Shown one piece after another: positions 8,049 through 16,397 of a DNA stretch of 17,200 nt (the first letter of the stretch is position 1; each line of letters opens with the position of its first letter). Under the pieces are notes generated by a model. It was not told the DNA's origin, made no database searches, and worked only from the letters and a program-made list of their open reading frames with translations. The position numbers and the translations under genes are program-made. The stretch is taken from the NCBI GenBank assembly GCA_040386535.1, contig JAZKFH010000077.1, positions 1 to 17,200 of the forward strand, in the 5' to 3' direction. This stretch comes from Myxococcota bacterium (GTDB taxonomy: Bacteria > Myxococcota_A > UBA796 > SXON01).

Positions 8049-8809
8049 CCGTCCCCGCCGGCCTCGTGTTCCGCGACGTGTCCATCCGCTACGGCGCCCG
8101 CACGGCCGTGACGCGCGCGACCTTCGCCGCCCCGCGCGGCGCCATCACCGCGCTCGTGGGCCCGTCGGGGAGCGGCAAGACCTCGCTGCTGCACGCCGTG
8201 AACCGCCTGCACGAGCTCGATGCGGCCGTCGTGGTGACCGGGGAGATCCGCGCCGGCGACGACGACGTCACGCGGCTCGATCCCTACACGCTGCGCCTGC
8301 GCGTGGGCCTGATCTTCCAACGCCCGACGCCGTTTCCGATGTCCATCGTGGAGAACGTCCGCTTTCCGCTCCGCGCGCACGGGGTCGCGCGGTCACAGCT
8401 CTCCGACCGCGCCGAGGCCGCCCTCCGGCGCGCGGCGTTGTGGGACGAGGTGAAGGATCGGCTCGACGCCCCCGCCACGGCGCTCTCCGGGGGCCAGCAG
8501 CAGCGCCTGTGCCTGGCGCGCGCGCTCGCGCTCGAGCCCGCCGTGCTGCTGCTCGACGAGCCGTGCGCCTCGCTCGATCCGCGCTCCACCGCGCTCGTGG
8601 AGGAGACCCTGCGCTCGCTGGCCGGCACGACCACGCTCCTGCTCGTGACCCACAACCTCGCACAGGCGCGGCGGCTCGCGCATCACTGCGCCTGCCTCTG
8701 GCCCTCTCCCGAGGGCGGGCGGATCGTCGACGAGGGCCCGGCCGAGCGCGTGTTCGCCGAGCCCGCGCACGCGCCGCTCCGTGACTACTTCGCGGGGTTG
8801 ACCGGCTGA
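8045..8809 (+). CDS. pstB: Phosphate ABC transporter ATP-binding protein PstB
   Basis: TTGA overlap with the pstA stop (TTG start). Walker A GPSGSGKT, FQRPTPFPMSIVENV, AALWDEVKDRL, LSGGQQQRLCLARALA, LLDEPCASLDP, VTHNLAQARR. Confidence 0.93.
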   Translation: MTVPAGLVFRDVSIRYGARTAVTRATFAAPRGAITALVGPSGSGKTSLLHAVNRLHELDAAVVVTGEIRAGDDDVTRLDPYTLRLRVGLIFQRPTPFPMSIVENVRFPLRAHGVARSQLSDRAEAALRRAALWDEVKDRLDAPATALSGGQQQRLCLARALALEPAVLLLDEPCASLDPRSTALVEETLRSLAGTTTLLLVTHNLAQARRLAHHCACLWPSPEGGRIVDEGPAERVFAEPAHAPLRDYFAGLTG

Positions 8810-8810
8810 G

Positions 8811-9119
8811 TCAGGCGACGCTGACGCGACAGCAGCCCAGCTCGACGGCGGGCCCGTCTCCGCTCGCGTCGGACACCGCCGGGGCGAGGCGGTAGACGAC
8901 GCGCTTTCCCGAGCGCTCACGTGTCACGACGCCGATGTCGTGGAGCGCGGCGAGGTGCCGGGACGCCTGGTACTGCTTGATGCCGAGCTGCTCGGTGAGC
9001 TCGAACACCGCGAGCGGCCCGCCGCGCAGCACCGAGAGGATGCGGAGCCGGGTCGGCTCGGCGATGGCGCGCAAGACGGGCGCGCATTCTTCGGCGGTGA
9101 GCGTGCGGAGGGCGGGCAT
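8811..9119 (-). CDS. ArsR/SmtB-family transcriptional regulator (102 aa; Cys12, Cys96, Cys97)
   Basis: C-terminal part of ORF 8811..9386, from ATG 9119: LRAIAEPTRLRILSVL...V.EL.EQLG..Q..ASRHLAALHDIGVV..ERSGKRVVYRL...ELGCCRV. Its stop lies 1 nt from the pstB stop. Confidence 0.92.
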   Translation of the reverse strand: MPALRTLTAEECAPVLRAIAEPTRLRILSVLRGGPLAVFELTEQLGIKQYQASRHLAALHDIGVVTRERSGKRVVYRLAPAVSDASGDGPAVELGCCRVSVA

Positions 9120-9135
9120 GGGGGCATCTTCGCAC

Positions 9136-9178
9136 GGGGCGCGGTCGGCGCGGCTCTGCGCGCCGGGCACCGCGCCCC
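9136..9178 (-). terminator. GC-rich stem-loop between the amidase and ArsR genes
   Basis: GGGGCGCGGT/ACCGCGCCCC (10 bp) plus an inner CGGCGCG/CGCGCCG (7 bp) stem, 15 nt after the amidase stop. No U-tract. Confidence 0.5.
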
Positions 9179-9193
9179 TCGCCGGTCGCCCAA

Positions 9194-10516
9194 TCAACCC
9201 TCCGTCCACCCCTTCGCCCGCGCCTCGAACGGGCGCTCCGCCTCGATCGTCCGGGCCAACGCGAGCAGCGTGGCCTCGCTCCCGAGCGGGCCCGCGAGTT
9301 GTGCGCCGATCGGCGTGCCGATTGGGTGGAGCCCCACGGGGACGCTCATGGCGGGCTGGCCGGTGACGTTGAACGGCGCGGTCCACACCCCGAGGAGCGC
9401 GGCCTGCCGGAAGTATTGCTCGCCGTCGTCACGCGGGTAGGCGTCGACCGCGGGGGGAGGGACGCCTACGGTGGGCGTGAGCACGACGTCGCAGCCGTCC
9501 AGCCAGGCGCTCCAGCGCGCGGAGAGCTCGGCGTGGCGGCGGCGGACGAAGCCCTTGTCGAGCTTGCGCCCGGTCTCCGCGAGCCAGCGGGTGACCGGCT
9601 CGGCGCGCGAGGCCCGGAGCAGCCCCACGTTGCCGATGAGGTGCTGCCAGATGGGGAGGAAGTCATCGACGTCGCCGAGCGGCGCGGTGGCCTCCTCGAC
9701 GTGGTGCCCCGCGGCGGCCAGGACGCGGCCGATGTCCTCGACGGCGGCGCGCACGTGGGGGTCCGTCGCGAGGAGCGGCACGTCGAGCAGCATCCGGATG
9801 CGCAGCGGGCCCGCCTTGGCCGGCCCGACCGTGGCGCCCTGCACGCGCAACATCGCCTCGGCGTCGTCGACGTTCCGGGCGAGCGCGCCGCAGGTGTAGA
9901 TGACGTCGGGATCCGAGAGGCCGAGGTGGTTGGGGACGCAGCCGCGGCTCGCCTTGAGCCCAACGAGCCCGCAGAACGACGCGGGGATGCGGATCGACCC
10001 GCCCCCGTCGCTCCCGTGCGCCACCGGCACGAGCCCCGCGGCCACCGCCGCCCCGGCCCCGCCGCTGGACCCGCCTGGAGTGCGCCCGAGGTCCCACGGG
10101 TTGCGCGTCGGCGGGCGGCCCACCGGCTCGGTGATCGGCACCACGCCGAGCTCGGAGGTGGCGGTCTTCCCGAGGATGACGAAGCCGGCGGCCCGCAACC
10201 GCGACACCGACACGTCGTCCATCGGCGACCAGATCGCCGGCATCCCCCGCCCGCCGAACCGCGTCGTGCGGAAGCGGACGAAGTTCAGGTCCTTGACGGC
10301 GATCGGCACGCCGTGGAACGGCGCTTCGGAGCCCTTGGCGTCCTTCTTCCGGGCCTCTTTGCGCGCGGGGGCGCCGTGCACCTCTACGAACGCGGCCAGC
10401 TGGGGGTCACGCGCGGCGATGCGATCGAGGCAGAGGCCGACGGCCTCCTCACTGCTCACGTCGCGAGAGCGGATGGCGCGGGCGAGCGCCACGGCGCCGA
10501 TGTCCATGGGGTGCAT
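9194..10516 (-). CDS. Amidase signature family enzyme
   Basis: [12 protein letters not shown] (catalytic Lys), [68 protein letters not shown]. Confidence 0.95.
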   Translation of the reverse strand: MHPMDIGAVALARAIRSRDVSSEEAVGLCLDRIAARDPQLAAFVEVHGAPARKEARKKDAKGSEAPFHGVPIAVKDLNFVRFRTTRFGGRGMPAIWSPMDDVSVSRLRAAGFVILGKTATSELGVVPITEPVGRPPTRNPWDLGRTPGGSSGGAGAAVAAGLVPVAHGSDGGGSIRIPASFCGLVGLKASRGCVPNHLGLSDPDVIYTCGALARNVDDAEAMLRVQGATVGPAKAGPLRIRMLLDVPLLATDPHVRAAVEDIGRVLAAAGHHVEEATAPLGDVDDFLPIWQHLIGNVGLLRASRAEPVTRWLAETGRKLDKGFVRRRHAELSARWSAWLDGCDVVLTPTVGVPPPAVDAYPRDDGEQYFRQAALLGVWTAPFNVTGQPAMSVPVGLHPIGTPIGAQLAGPLGSEATLLALARTIEAERPFEARAKGWTEG

Positions 10517-10609
10517 GGCGGCGAACTAACGCTGTCGCGATGCTCCGGCAGTGTCCATGCACTTCCCTCGGCGCGGTGCTCGCAAATGGGAGGAGCGGCG
10601 CGACCGGCT

Positions 10610-10770
10610 GAACTCGGTGGATGCGCGCCCATCCAGTCACTTCGGACGGTATATCCGTCCGAACTCGAGGGATGCGCGCCCATCCAGTCACTTCGGACGG
10701 TATATCCGTCCGAACTCGGGGGATGCGTGTGCATCCCGTCACTTCGGACGGTATATCCGTGCGAACTCGG
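10610..10770. repeat. Intergenic tandem array A: 51-bp unit x3 plus a partial copy, two hairpins per unit
   Basis: Units start at 10610, 10661 and 10712 (partial at 10763). Consensus GAACTCGnnGGATGCGCGCCCATCCAGTCACTTCGGACGGTATATCCGTCC. Stems TTCGGACGG/CCGTCCGAA and GGATG/CATCC. Confidence 0.95.
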
Positions 10771-10806
10771 AGTCCCGGTCAGGCTCGAGGAGTCAGCGCC
10801 GAGGAG

Positions 10807-11397
10807 TCAGGCGCCGCCGGCCCCGAAGCGCAGCCCGTCCATCACCAGGGCGATCACGGCGCCGGCCCGTTCCTTCCACTGGGGGTGGTCCGGGGGCATG
10901 CACAGGCCGGCCAGCGCCATCAACACCGTCGGGGCGGCCACGTCGGCCCGGATGCGCCCCGTCGCGGCGGCCGCGGCCATCAGCAGCTCCAGCGCCTCGA
11001 GCAACTGCTGGTTGCCGTGGGAAAACGGGATGGAGCTGGCGGCCATCACCGCGGAGAGCGCCTTGGCGAGGCCGACGTTCGCCGCGAGGTGATCGACGAG
11101 GCGGCCGAGGAACGCATGCAGCGCCTGGTCCGCGGGGAGGATGGCCAACAGTTCGGCCGCGGACCCACACAACGCGTCGATCTCCTGCCGGTACACGGCC
11201 TCGACGATTGCGTCCCGCGTCTCGAAGTGGCGGTACAACGTGCCTACGCCTACGCCCGCGCGCCGGGCGATCTCCTCGATGCGGATGTCGAGCTCGCCGG
11301 CGGCGAAGGCGGCGCGCGCCGTGATGAGCAACGCTTCCCGGTTGCGACGAGCGTCGGCGCGGAGCGGCTTGGGGGGAGCGGGGTCACGGGGCTGCAC
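10807..11397 (-). CDS. TetR/AcrR-family transcriptional regulator
   Basis: LRADARRNREALL..AR.AF...IEEIARRAGVGVGTLYRHFETRDAIVEAVY helix-turn-helix; C-terminal G.IRADV and LVMDGLR. Confidence 0.95.
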   Translation of the reverse strand: MQPRDPAPPKPLRADARRNREALLITARAAFAAGELDIRIEEIARRAGVGVGTLYRHFETRDAIVEAVYRQEIDALCGSAAELLAILPADQALHAFLGRLVDHLAANVGLAKALSAVMAASSIPFSHGNQQLLEALELLMAAAAATGRIRADVAAPTVLMALAGLCMPPDHPQWKERAGAVIALVMDGLRFGAGGA

Positions 11398-11473
11398 GGC
11401 GGTCTGCCTTTTGGGTGGGAAGCTTCGGAGCCCGGGTAACTGCGTCGGAGGGCGGGGAAATCCGGAGCCGGCG

Positions 11474-11586
11474 CCGGAAAATCAGGAAGGCAGGAATAGA
11501 GGAAGGCAGGAAGGGAGAGGCGGATCTCCGGAACGTGCATTCCTTCGCTCCTGCTTTCCTTGTTTCCTGCTTTCCTGCTTCTCCGG
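11474..11586. repeat. Long imperfect inverted repeat with a purine-rich arm and a pyrimidine-rich arm built of 8-nt units (REP/MITE-like)
   Basis: Left arm CCGGAAAATCAGGAAGGCAGGAATAGAGGAAGGCAGGA pairs with right arm TCCTGCTTTCCTTGTTTCCTGCTTTCCTGCTTCTCCGG. Confidence 0.85.
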
Positions 11587-11603
11587 AATTTCGAGCTAGG
11601 GGA

Positions 11604-11649
11604 TGGACAAACGGAACCACATTCCGTTACTAAGCGGAATCAGGTTCCG
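11604..11649 (+). promoter_or_regulatory. Promoter with twin TetR-type operators for the reductase gene
   Basis: TGGACA (11604)-N18-TACTAA (11628), overlapped by AACGGAA-N5-TTCCGTT (11610-11628) and followed by CGGAA-N5-TTCCG (11635-11649). Lies between a divergent TetR gene and its likely target. GGAGAG RBS at 11660-11665. Confidence 0.75.
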
Positions 11650-11672
11650 ATCCTATCACGGAGAGCGGCCCC

Positions 11673-12617
11673 ATGAAGATCTTGATTTTCGGACGTGGTG
11701 TGATCGGTGCGATCTACGGCTGGGCGCTGGAGAAGGCGGGCCACACCGTGGACTTCTACGTGCGGCCGGGTCGGGCCGCCGCGTACGGCCCCGCGATCAC
11801 GCTGCGCCTGTTGGACGCCCGCAAGCGCATCACGGGCGTGCCGGTCAACGAGACGTGGGCGACGCGGCTGCGAGAAGACCTCCCCGCCGACCACGACTAC
11901 GACCTCATCATCGTGAGCGTGCAGCACTACCGGTTCGCCGAGGCCGCCGCTTTCCTCGGCCCGCGCGTCGGGAAGGCCACGGTCCTCGTCTTCAACAACT
12001 TCTGGACCGATCCGCTCGTCGCGGCCGCCGCCCTGCCTGCGAGCCAGCTGGCGTGGGGCTTTCCGGCCGCCGGCGGGGGGTTCGGCGCGGACGGGGTCCT
12101 GACCGGTTCGTTGTTCAACATGGTGACCTTCGGCACCTTCGGCACCGAGCCGACGGCCCGCGAGGTGGCCGTGCGCGACCTGTTCCGGAAGAGCGGCTTC
12201 GCGCTCAGCGAGCAGCGCGACTTCAAGGGGTGGCTGTGGGTCCACTTCGCCACGAACGCCGGCCTGCACGCGGCGGCGCTCCGCGGGGGGACCGTCTCGG
12301 GCCTCCTGGCGGTGCCCGGTGCGCTGGAGGACGCCGTGCGCAACGTCCGGGAGCTCCTGCCCGTCGTGACCGCGCGAGGGGTCGATCTGGGGGCGCACGC
12401 CCGCTACACCCTGCTCTTCCGCCTCCCGCCCTGGCTCGGCGCCCGGCTCTTCCGCCTCGTGCTGACGCTCCTGAAGCCGGTGCGGCTCGTGGTGGAGAGC
12501 CACACGAACCCCGAGGAGCTGAGGCTGACCTGCCGCGACATGTTGGACGAGACCCGGCGGCTCGGGATCTCCGTGCCGCGGCTCGAGGCGGCGGAGGTGT
12601 ACTTTCCGCGGGTGTAG
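11673..12617 (+). CDS. Ketopantoate reductase (ApbA/PanE)-like oxidoreductase
   Basis: Rossmann start MKILIFGRGVIGAIYGWALEKAGHTV; DYDLIIVSV; VLVFNN; GFPAAGG; helical C-terminal domain. Confidence 0.85.
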   Translation: MKILIFGRGVIGAIYGWALEKAGHTVDFYVRPGRAAAYGPAITLRLLDARKRITGVPVNETWATRLREDLPADHDYDLIIVSVQHYRFAEAAAFLGPRVGKATVLVFNNFWTDPLVAAAALPASQLAWGFPAAGGGFGADGVLTGSLFNMVTFGTFGTEPTAREVAVRDLFRKSGFALSEQRDFKGWLWVHFATNAGLHAAALRGGTVSGLLAVPGALEDAVRNVRELLPVVTARGVDLGAHARYTLLFRLPPWLGARLFRLVLTLLKPVRLVVESHTNPEELRLTCRDMLDETRRLGISVPRLEAAEVYFPRV

Positions 12618-12644
12618 CGCGCGTCCCGTTCCGCCCCTCCCAAG

Positions 12645-13199
12645 TCAGAACAACCGCGCCTCGTTCTCCACCACATACGCCTGCGCGCTCGCCTCCGAGA
12701 GCCCCTCGCACGGCACGGGCACCATGAGGGTGGGCGCGTAGTCCTTGTTCACCTCGTCGGGCAGGCTCGACCGGAGGAACTCCGTGTGCTCGGAGATGAC
12801 GATGGCGTCGTCGCCGGTCCAGACCTCGACGACCCGCGGCGTCTTCTGGGGCGCGAACTCGTACAGGTGCGACACATCGACCTCGGCGAGGCACTGGGCC
12901 TTGCTCGTCGGCACGAGGATGGTAGCGAAGCCGTCTACCGTGACGGAGTATTCGTCGTGAGTGGTGATCACGTGGGCGCCCTGGGACACCGCGATGCGCT
13001 CGATCCGGTGCGGCGGGACCTGCGTCACCTCGACGCCGTCGACCAGCACGGGCAGGGCGTCGTTGCCGTCGTTGTACACGACGGCCTCGGCCTTTCCGAG
13101 CACCGCCGTGTAGACGTAGAACACGCCGCCCGCGGCCATGAGCCCGAAGATGGAGCCCACCACGAGGCAGCCCATCACGAGGGGAGGAGAGATCTTCAC
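12645..13199 (-). CDS. Hypothetical protein with an N-terminal transmembrane segment and a beta-rich soluble domain
   Basis: Hydrophobic LVMGCLVVGSIFGLMAAGGVFYVYTAVL, then VVYND...LPVLVDG; two Cys in the soluble part. Protein-like composition; 25 nt downstream of the STAND gene. Confidence 0.75.
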   Translation of the reverse strand: MKISPPLVMGCLVVGSIFGLMAAGGVFYVYTAVLGKAEAVVYNDGNDALPVLVDGVEVTQVPPHRIERIAVSQGAHVITTHDEYSVTVDGFATILVPTSKAQCLAEVDVSHLYEFAPQKTPRVVEVWTGDDAIVISEHTEFLRSSLPDEVNKDYAPTLMVPVPCEGLSEASAQAYVVENEARLF

Positions 13200-13224
13200 G
13201 CGGCGCTCCGGGATCGAGGAGCGG

Positions 13225-15717
13225 TCAGGTACCGGATTGGGGCGCCGTCCGTCTCGAACAGTTCTGTTCGACAGCGCCCAACCTCCGCTCGATCCGGTCG
13301 GCGAAGGCCCGCAACGTCAACGCCGTGCCCAGCTTGCGCTCCTCCGCCGCATCTTCGAGCAGCGCGCGCAACACGGGGGCGTGGGTGTCCGGATCCCGAT
13401 CGAGCTCGCGAAGGTGGAGCTCGGCTTGCATCGTCCGCCGGAGGAGCGCGCCGTGGAGGGCGGCGCTCGGGCTGCACACCGCCCCGATCACCTCGGGTTC
13501 GACCGTCTCGAGGGTGACCTGCGCGTCGACCGGCCGCCCCAGCGCGAACAGCGCGCCCGCGCGGATCAGGTCGACCAGCTGGCGGGCCACGCGGTTGCGG
13601 AGCACCTGGCTCGGGAGCTCGAGGAGCCGCAAGGTCTCCTCGGGGCGATCGAGCCGGAGCCGCACCCCCGCGAGGTTGAGCTGGAAGACGGTGGCATACG
13701 CCTCGTCCCCCCGCGCCAGGGCGTGGGCGACGGCCCGCTCGAAGCACGCGTCGGCCTGGGTGTCGTCGAGGTACCAGGCGAGGCCGAGGGCGTTCCAGAG
13801 GTCGCTGACGAGGCGCACGAGGCCAGAGCGCTCCGCGAGCAGGAGCGCCCGACCCAGGTGGGCGCGCGCAGCGGCCTGGTCCCCCCGGAACGTGGCGACG
13901 TTGCCCGCGGCGCGGAGGATCTCGGGCAGGTGGAGCGCCAGCCCATGGCGCTCGCAAGCGCCGAGCGCGCGGGTGATGTCGTCGTCCACCTCGGCGGGCT
14001 GGCGCAGCACGACGAGCGCCTGCACCGCGCATCGGCGCGCGCGGGCCACGGCGTTGACCCAGTGCTCCTCCGGCGCCAGCGCGATCGCCTCGGCAAAAGC
14101 TTCGAGCGCGCGCGCGTGCTCGCCCACGGCAACCGCGTTGTCGCCGCGCAGCAGCGCTGCCTCGGCGCCCCGAAGGCCCTCGATGAGCGGCGTCAGCTCG
14201 ATCACCGGCACCCCCCCGAGGCGGCGGGTCCGCGCGAGATCGAGGCGAACCCGGTCCGCCAGGGGCGTCGGCAGCGCTGCGAGGTCGATCGCCTCCAGCA
14301 CCGCGCGGCGCAGCGAGGTCGGGCCGGTGTGCGCCAACGCCGTGGAGATCACCAGCGCGGCCCGGGCCGCCGTCTCGGGCGGGCCCGTGCGGGCGAGCTC
14401 GAGCAGGTGCGGGCGAAGCGCCCGGAGCTCGCGGAGCCTCTCCCCCGGGTGGTGCACGAGCGCCGCGCACGCGGCTTCGCCCTGCGCCAACACCCACACC
14501 TGCGCGTCCCGACGCGCGGCGAAGACGCCCGGCCGCGTCTCGCAGAAGCGCCGCACCGTCGCGAGCATGAACAGCTGGCCGCCAGGGTCGAGCTGGAGGA
14601 GGGACCGCCGGCGCAGCTCGACCAGCCGATCGAGGTGCCCGCCAGAGGCCGCGTGCGCCGCGTCGGGCGGGAACGTCCCCACGAAGGCCGAACACGCCAG
14701 CAACACGTCGCGCGCGGGCGCCGCGAGGCTGTTCCAGCTCCGCTCCACCTGCGTGTCGAGCGTCGCGTCCTGGCGCCCTTCGCGCAGCTCGTCCAGCAGC
14801 GGTACGAGCCCGAACCAGCCGCGCCCGGCGTAGATCTCGAGCGAGGCCGGCAAGCCGTCGAGCAGCGCGACCACCTCGTCGAGCGCGGCGCCCTCGCCCT
14901 CGGGATCCGGGTGCACCCCGCGGAGGCGATCCACGAAGAACGAGCGGGCGAGCGCCGGCCCGAACGGCGAGACCTCCAGCACGGCCTCCCCCACGATCCC
15001 GAGCGGAACCCGGCTCGTGACGAGCAGGCGCGCGCCCGGCACCTCCCGCACCAGCTGCTCCACGAGCGGGGCGACCTGCGGCGCGACCTCGTCGGCGTCG
15101 TCGAGGACGAGCAGGGGGCGATCGCGCGAGCGGAGGCCGTGGCGCAGGGCGCTCGGGCCGGCGTCCGCGAGGCCCAGCGCGTCGGCGAGCAGCAAGGCGA
15201 GCGCGTCGTCCCCCGGCGGCAGCCCCACGAGCGAGACGGACACGACCTCCCCGGGCCACGTCGCCGCGAACTCGACGGCCGCCCGCGTCTTGCCGACGCC
15301 CCCCGGGCCTCGCAGCGTGACGAGGCGCCAGTCCCCGGCGAGGCGGACGTGGATCTCCCGCAGGAGTCCTTCGCGGCCGACGAACGGCGTCACGTACGCT
15401 GGCAGCCGGGCCGCGGCGGGCGCGGGCGCTGGAGCCGGAGGCGTGAGCCGCCAGCCCTCGCCGCGCACGGTGGCGAGCACCCCGTCCCCGAGCTTCTTCC
15501 GCAGTCGCCGCAGCGCGACCGGCACGGCCTCGGAGCGCGCGCTCGACGCGATCCGCCACACGTCGCGCTCCAATTGTTCCCGGGTGACGACGTCCCCCGC
15601 GCGCTCCACGAAGTACCGTAGCGCGTCGACCTCGAGCTGGGTCAGCGATTCCTCGCCGTCGGGCCGCACGACGCGGTGATGGACCAGGTCGAGCGTGAGG
15701 GAGCGCAGGTCGATCAT
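13225..15717 (-). CDS. OmpR-type wHTH + STAND/NB-ARC-like ATPase + TPR-like regulator
   Basis: Start ATG 15717 (ATGA overlap with the upstream stop). wHTH LTQLEVDALRYF..RAGDVVTREQL...RRLRKKLG...TVRGEGWRL; FVGRE; Walker A GPGGVGKT; Walker B LLVLDDADE; LLVTSR; LDGLPASLE; helical Ala/Leu-rich C-terminus. Confidence 0.9.
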   Translation of the reverse strand: MIDLRSLTLDLVHHRVVRPDGEESLTQLEVDALRYFVERAGDVVTREQLERDVWRIASSARSEAVPVALRRLRKKLGDGVLATVRGEGWRLTPPAPAPAPAAARLPAYVTPFVGREGLLREIHVRLAGDWRLVTLRGPGGVGKTRAAVEFAATWPGEVVSVSLVGLPPGDDALALLLADALGLADAGPSALRHGLRSRDRPLLVLDDADEVAPQVAPLVEQLVREVPGARLLVTSRVPLGIVGEAVLEVSPFGPALARSFFVDRLRGVHPDPEGEGAALDEVVALLDGLPASLEIYAGRGWFGLVPLLDELREGRQDATLDTQVERSWNSLAAPARDVLLACSAFVGTFPPDAAHAASGGHLDRLVELRRRSLLQLDPGGQLFMLATVRRFCETRPGVFAARRDAQVWVLAQGEAACAALVHHPGERLRELRALRPHLLELARTGPPETAARAALVISTALAHTGPTSLRRAVLEAIDLAALPTPLADRVRLDLARTRRLGGVPVIELTPLIEGLRGAEAALLRGDNAVAVGEHARALEAFAEAIALAPEEHWVNAVARARRCAVQALVVLRQPAEVDDDITRALGACERHGLALHLPEILRAAGNVATFRGDQAAARAHLGRALLLAERSGLVRLVSDLWNALGLAWYLDDTQADACFERAVAHALARGDEAYATVFQLNLAGVRLRLDRPEETLRLLELPSQVLRNRVARQLVDLIRAGALFALGRPVDAQVTLETVEPEVIGAVCSPSAALHGALLRRTMQAELHLRELDRDPDTHAPVLRALLEDAAEERKLGTALTLRAFADRIERRLGAVEQNCSRRTAPQSGT

Positions 15718-16115
15718 GGGGCGGGCGGCTGCTTCTTGGTGGCCGGCTTCTTCGGCGCCGCGCCGATCTCCTTCGCCCGGCACGTCGCGATGCGCCGGAT
15801 CAGGTCCTCTGGCATCGGCTGGGCGAGCGGGAACCGGATCGTCGCCTTGCCGGAGAGGTAGGGTGCGATCTCGTCCCCGAGCGCCGCGAGCACGCCCGCG
15901 GTGACCGGGTAGAGCGAGTAGTGCGCCTTGTACCCGGCGAAATAGAGCCCGTACGTGCCGCCGAGGCGGAACATCGGGATCTGGTAGCTGATCGCCTCCT
16001 CGGCCTCCGGCAGCGCCTCACGCAGGAGGGCGCGCACGCGCTGGAGGGCGGGCTGCACCGCTTCGGGCATGGCGGCGATGTACTCGTCGACGGACTGGAA
16101 ATCGGTTTTCGCCAT
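15714..16115 (-). CDS. DUF1801 (YdhG-like) domain protein
   Basis: From ATG 16115 (GGAG upstream): SVDEYIAAMPE..QPALQRVR.L...LPEAEEAISYQIPMF...YFAGYKAHYSLYP...GKATIRFPL..P.P.DLIRRI. Confidence 0.92.
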   Translation of the reverse strand: MAKTDFQSVDEYIAAMPEAVQPALQRVRALLREALPEAEEAISYQIPMFRLGGTYGLYFAGYKAHYSLYPVTAGVLAALGDEIAPYLSGKATIRFPLAQPMPEDLIRRIATCRAKEIGAAPKKPATKKQPPAP

Positions 16116-16397
16116 GGGGGGCTCCGGCGCTCGTTCGTGGGGAGCGTAATCGGGAGCCCCGCGCCTCCGCACGGCCGGCCGAAACGTGGTTGCCGGGTGG
16201 TGGGCTGGGCGCGACCCCGGCCGAGCCCGGGGTCGGGTCTGCTCGCGGGGTCGGGCCGGGGGCCCTCCGTTGGCACGGCGCCGTCGCTCCGCGCCGCCGG
16301 GTGCCGAACCGGCCGCGCCCGCGCGGCCGCCCGCCGCGCCCCTCGCGCGGGGGAGCGTGGTAGCGACGGGGTCGGGTCCGTGCGGGCCCCCAGCCCC

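Noticed and set aside
10449..10742. Short ORFs with 17-aa repeats, and similar ORFs over 16736-17159
   Set aside because: They are translations of the DNA tandem arrays, with no independent coding evidence.
10610..10770. Arrays A, B and C as CRISPR arrays
   Set aside because: The units are near-identical along their whole length with no unique spacers, and there are no cas genes in the window.
11110..11125. GAACGCATGCAGCGCC, a 15/16 match to the left half of the pst palindrome
   Set aside because: It is a half-site only and lies inside the tetR coding sequence; most likely chance.
16212..16235. 9-bp GC hairpin CGACCCCGG/CCGGGGTCG
   Set aside because: It sits in an extremely GC-rich tract, has no U-tract and is far from any stop codon, so no function can be assigned.
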